A stretch of DNA of 64,000 nt from Octopus sinensis (lineage: Eukaryota). A program made the position numbers and the translations under genes. Positions within the stretch are counted from its first letter, which is position 1. Every line of letters begins with the position of its first letter. The stretch is taken from contig NC_043018.1 in assembly GCF_006345805.1 (NCBI RefSeq), positions 7,626,001 to 7,690,000 on the forward strand, read 5' to 3'. Shown in pieces: positions 63,673 to 64,000 of this stretch. The notes under the pieces are model-generated. The model made no database searches and was not told the origin of the DNA. It was given only the letters and a program-made list of their open reading frames with translations.

Positions 63673-64000
63673 CTACAAAAGAAAATTGAAAGAGTGTAAA
63701 ATCTTGCCTCACAACTGTGTGTGTGTGCAGAAGACATACATGTGTGCATGGATTATGCATATATACATAAATATAAGCTTGTGTGGGCCTTGTATGTGTA
63801 TGCACATACACGTGCACATGTGTGCATTAGCACATATCCATCTATATCTGGGCCTGGTGCAGCCTCCTGGCTTCCCAGACCCCAGTTGAACCGTCCAACC
63901 CATTCTAGCATGGAAAGCGGACGCTAAACAATGATGATGATCTGTATATGGACACACGCATGTAAATCTGTGTCTATACTTACAAACAGAAGTACAAGAC

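Overview
Repeat-dense animal genomic DNA, rich in AT and microsatellites. The SINE content, the microsatellite load and the gene protein suggest an octopod cephalopod (Octopus-like); this is an inference, not a database hit. The only well-supported protein-coding gene is tankyrase (TNKS/PARP5) on the minus strand. Thirteen GT-AG coding exons (63672 down to 36700; 1665 nt, 554 aa plus stop, phases consistent throughout) encode the last ankyrin repeats, the SAM domain and the PARP catalytic domain; the 5' exons lie beyond the right edge. The rest is mostly mobile DNA: a tandem pair of dead irritans-type mariners, other Tc1/mariner/maT fragments, and a fragmented Penelope-like retroelement carrying four nested insertions. 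There are also six copies of a GG-ended MITE (8-bp TSDs where both ends survive; Merlin-like), six non-autonomous Helitrons, piggyBac-like MITEs, CR1- and RTE-type LINE 3' ends, about five SINE-like families and several minisatellites. The most notable observations are four type I hammerhead-ribozyme folds in small non-coding repeats (one in a circularly permuted ~472-bp unit resembling a retrozyme, one in a foldback), a covarying 3' stem-loop shared by a CR1-like LINE and the dominant SINE, and a 69-codon open frame behind the TGA-C stop of tankyrase. All structures and alignments were worked out by eye; repeat boundaries are approximate unless a TSD or terminus is quoted.
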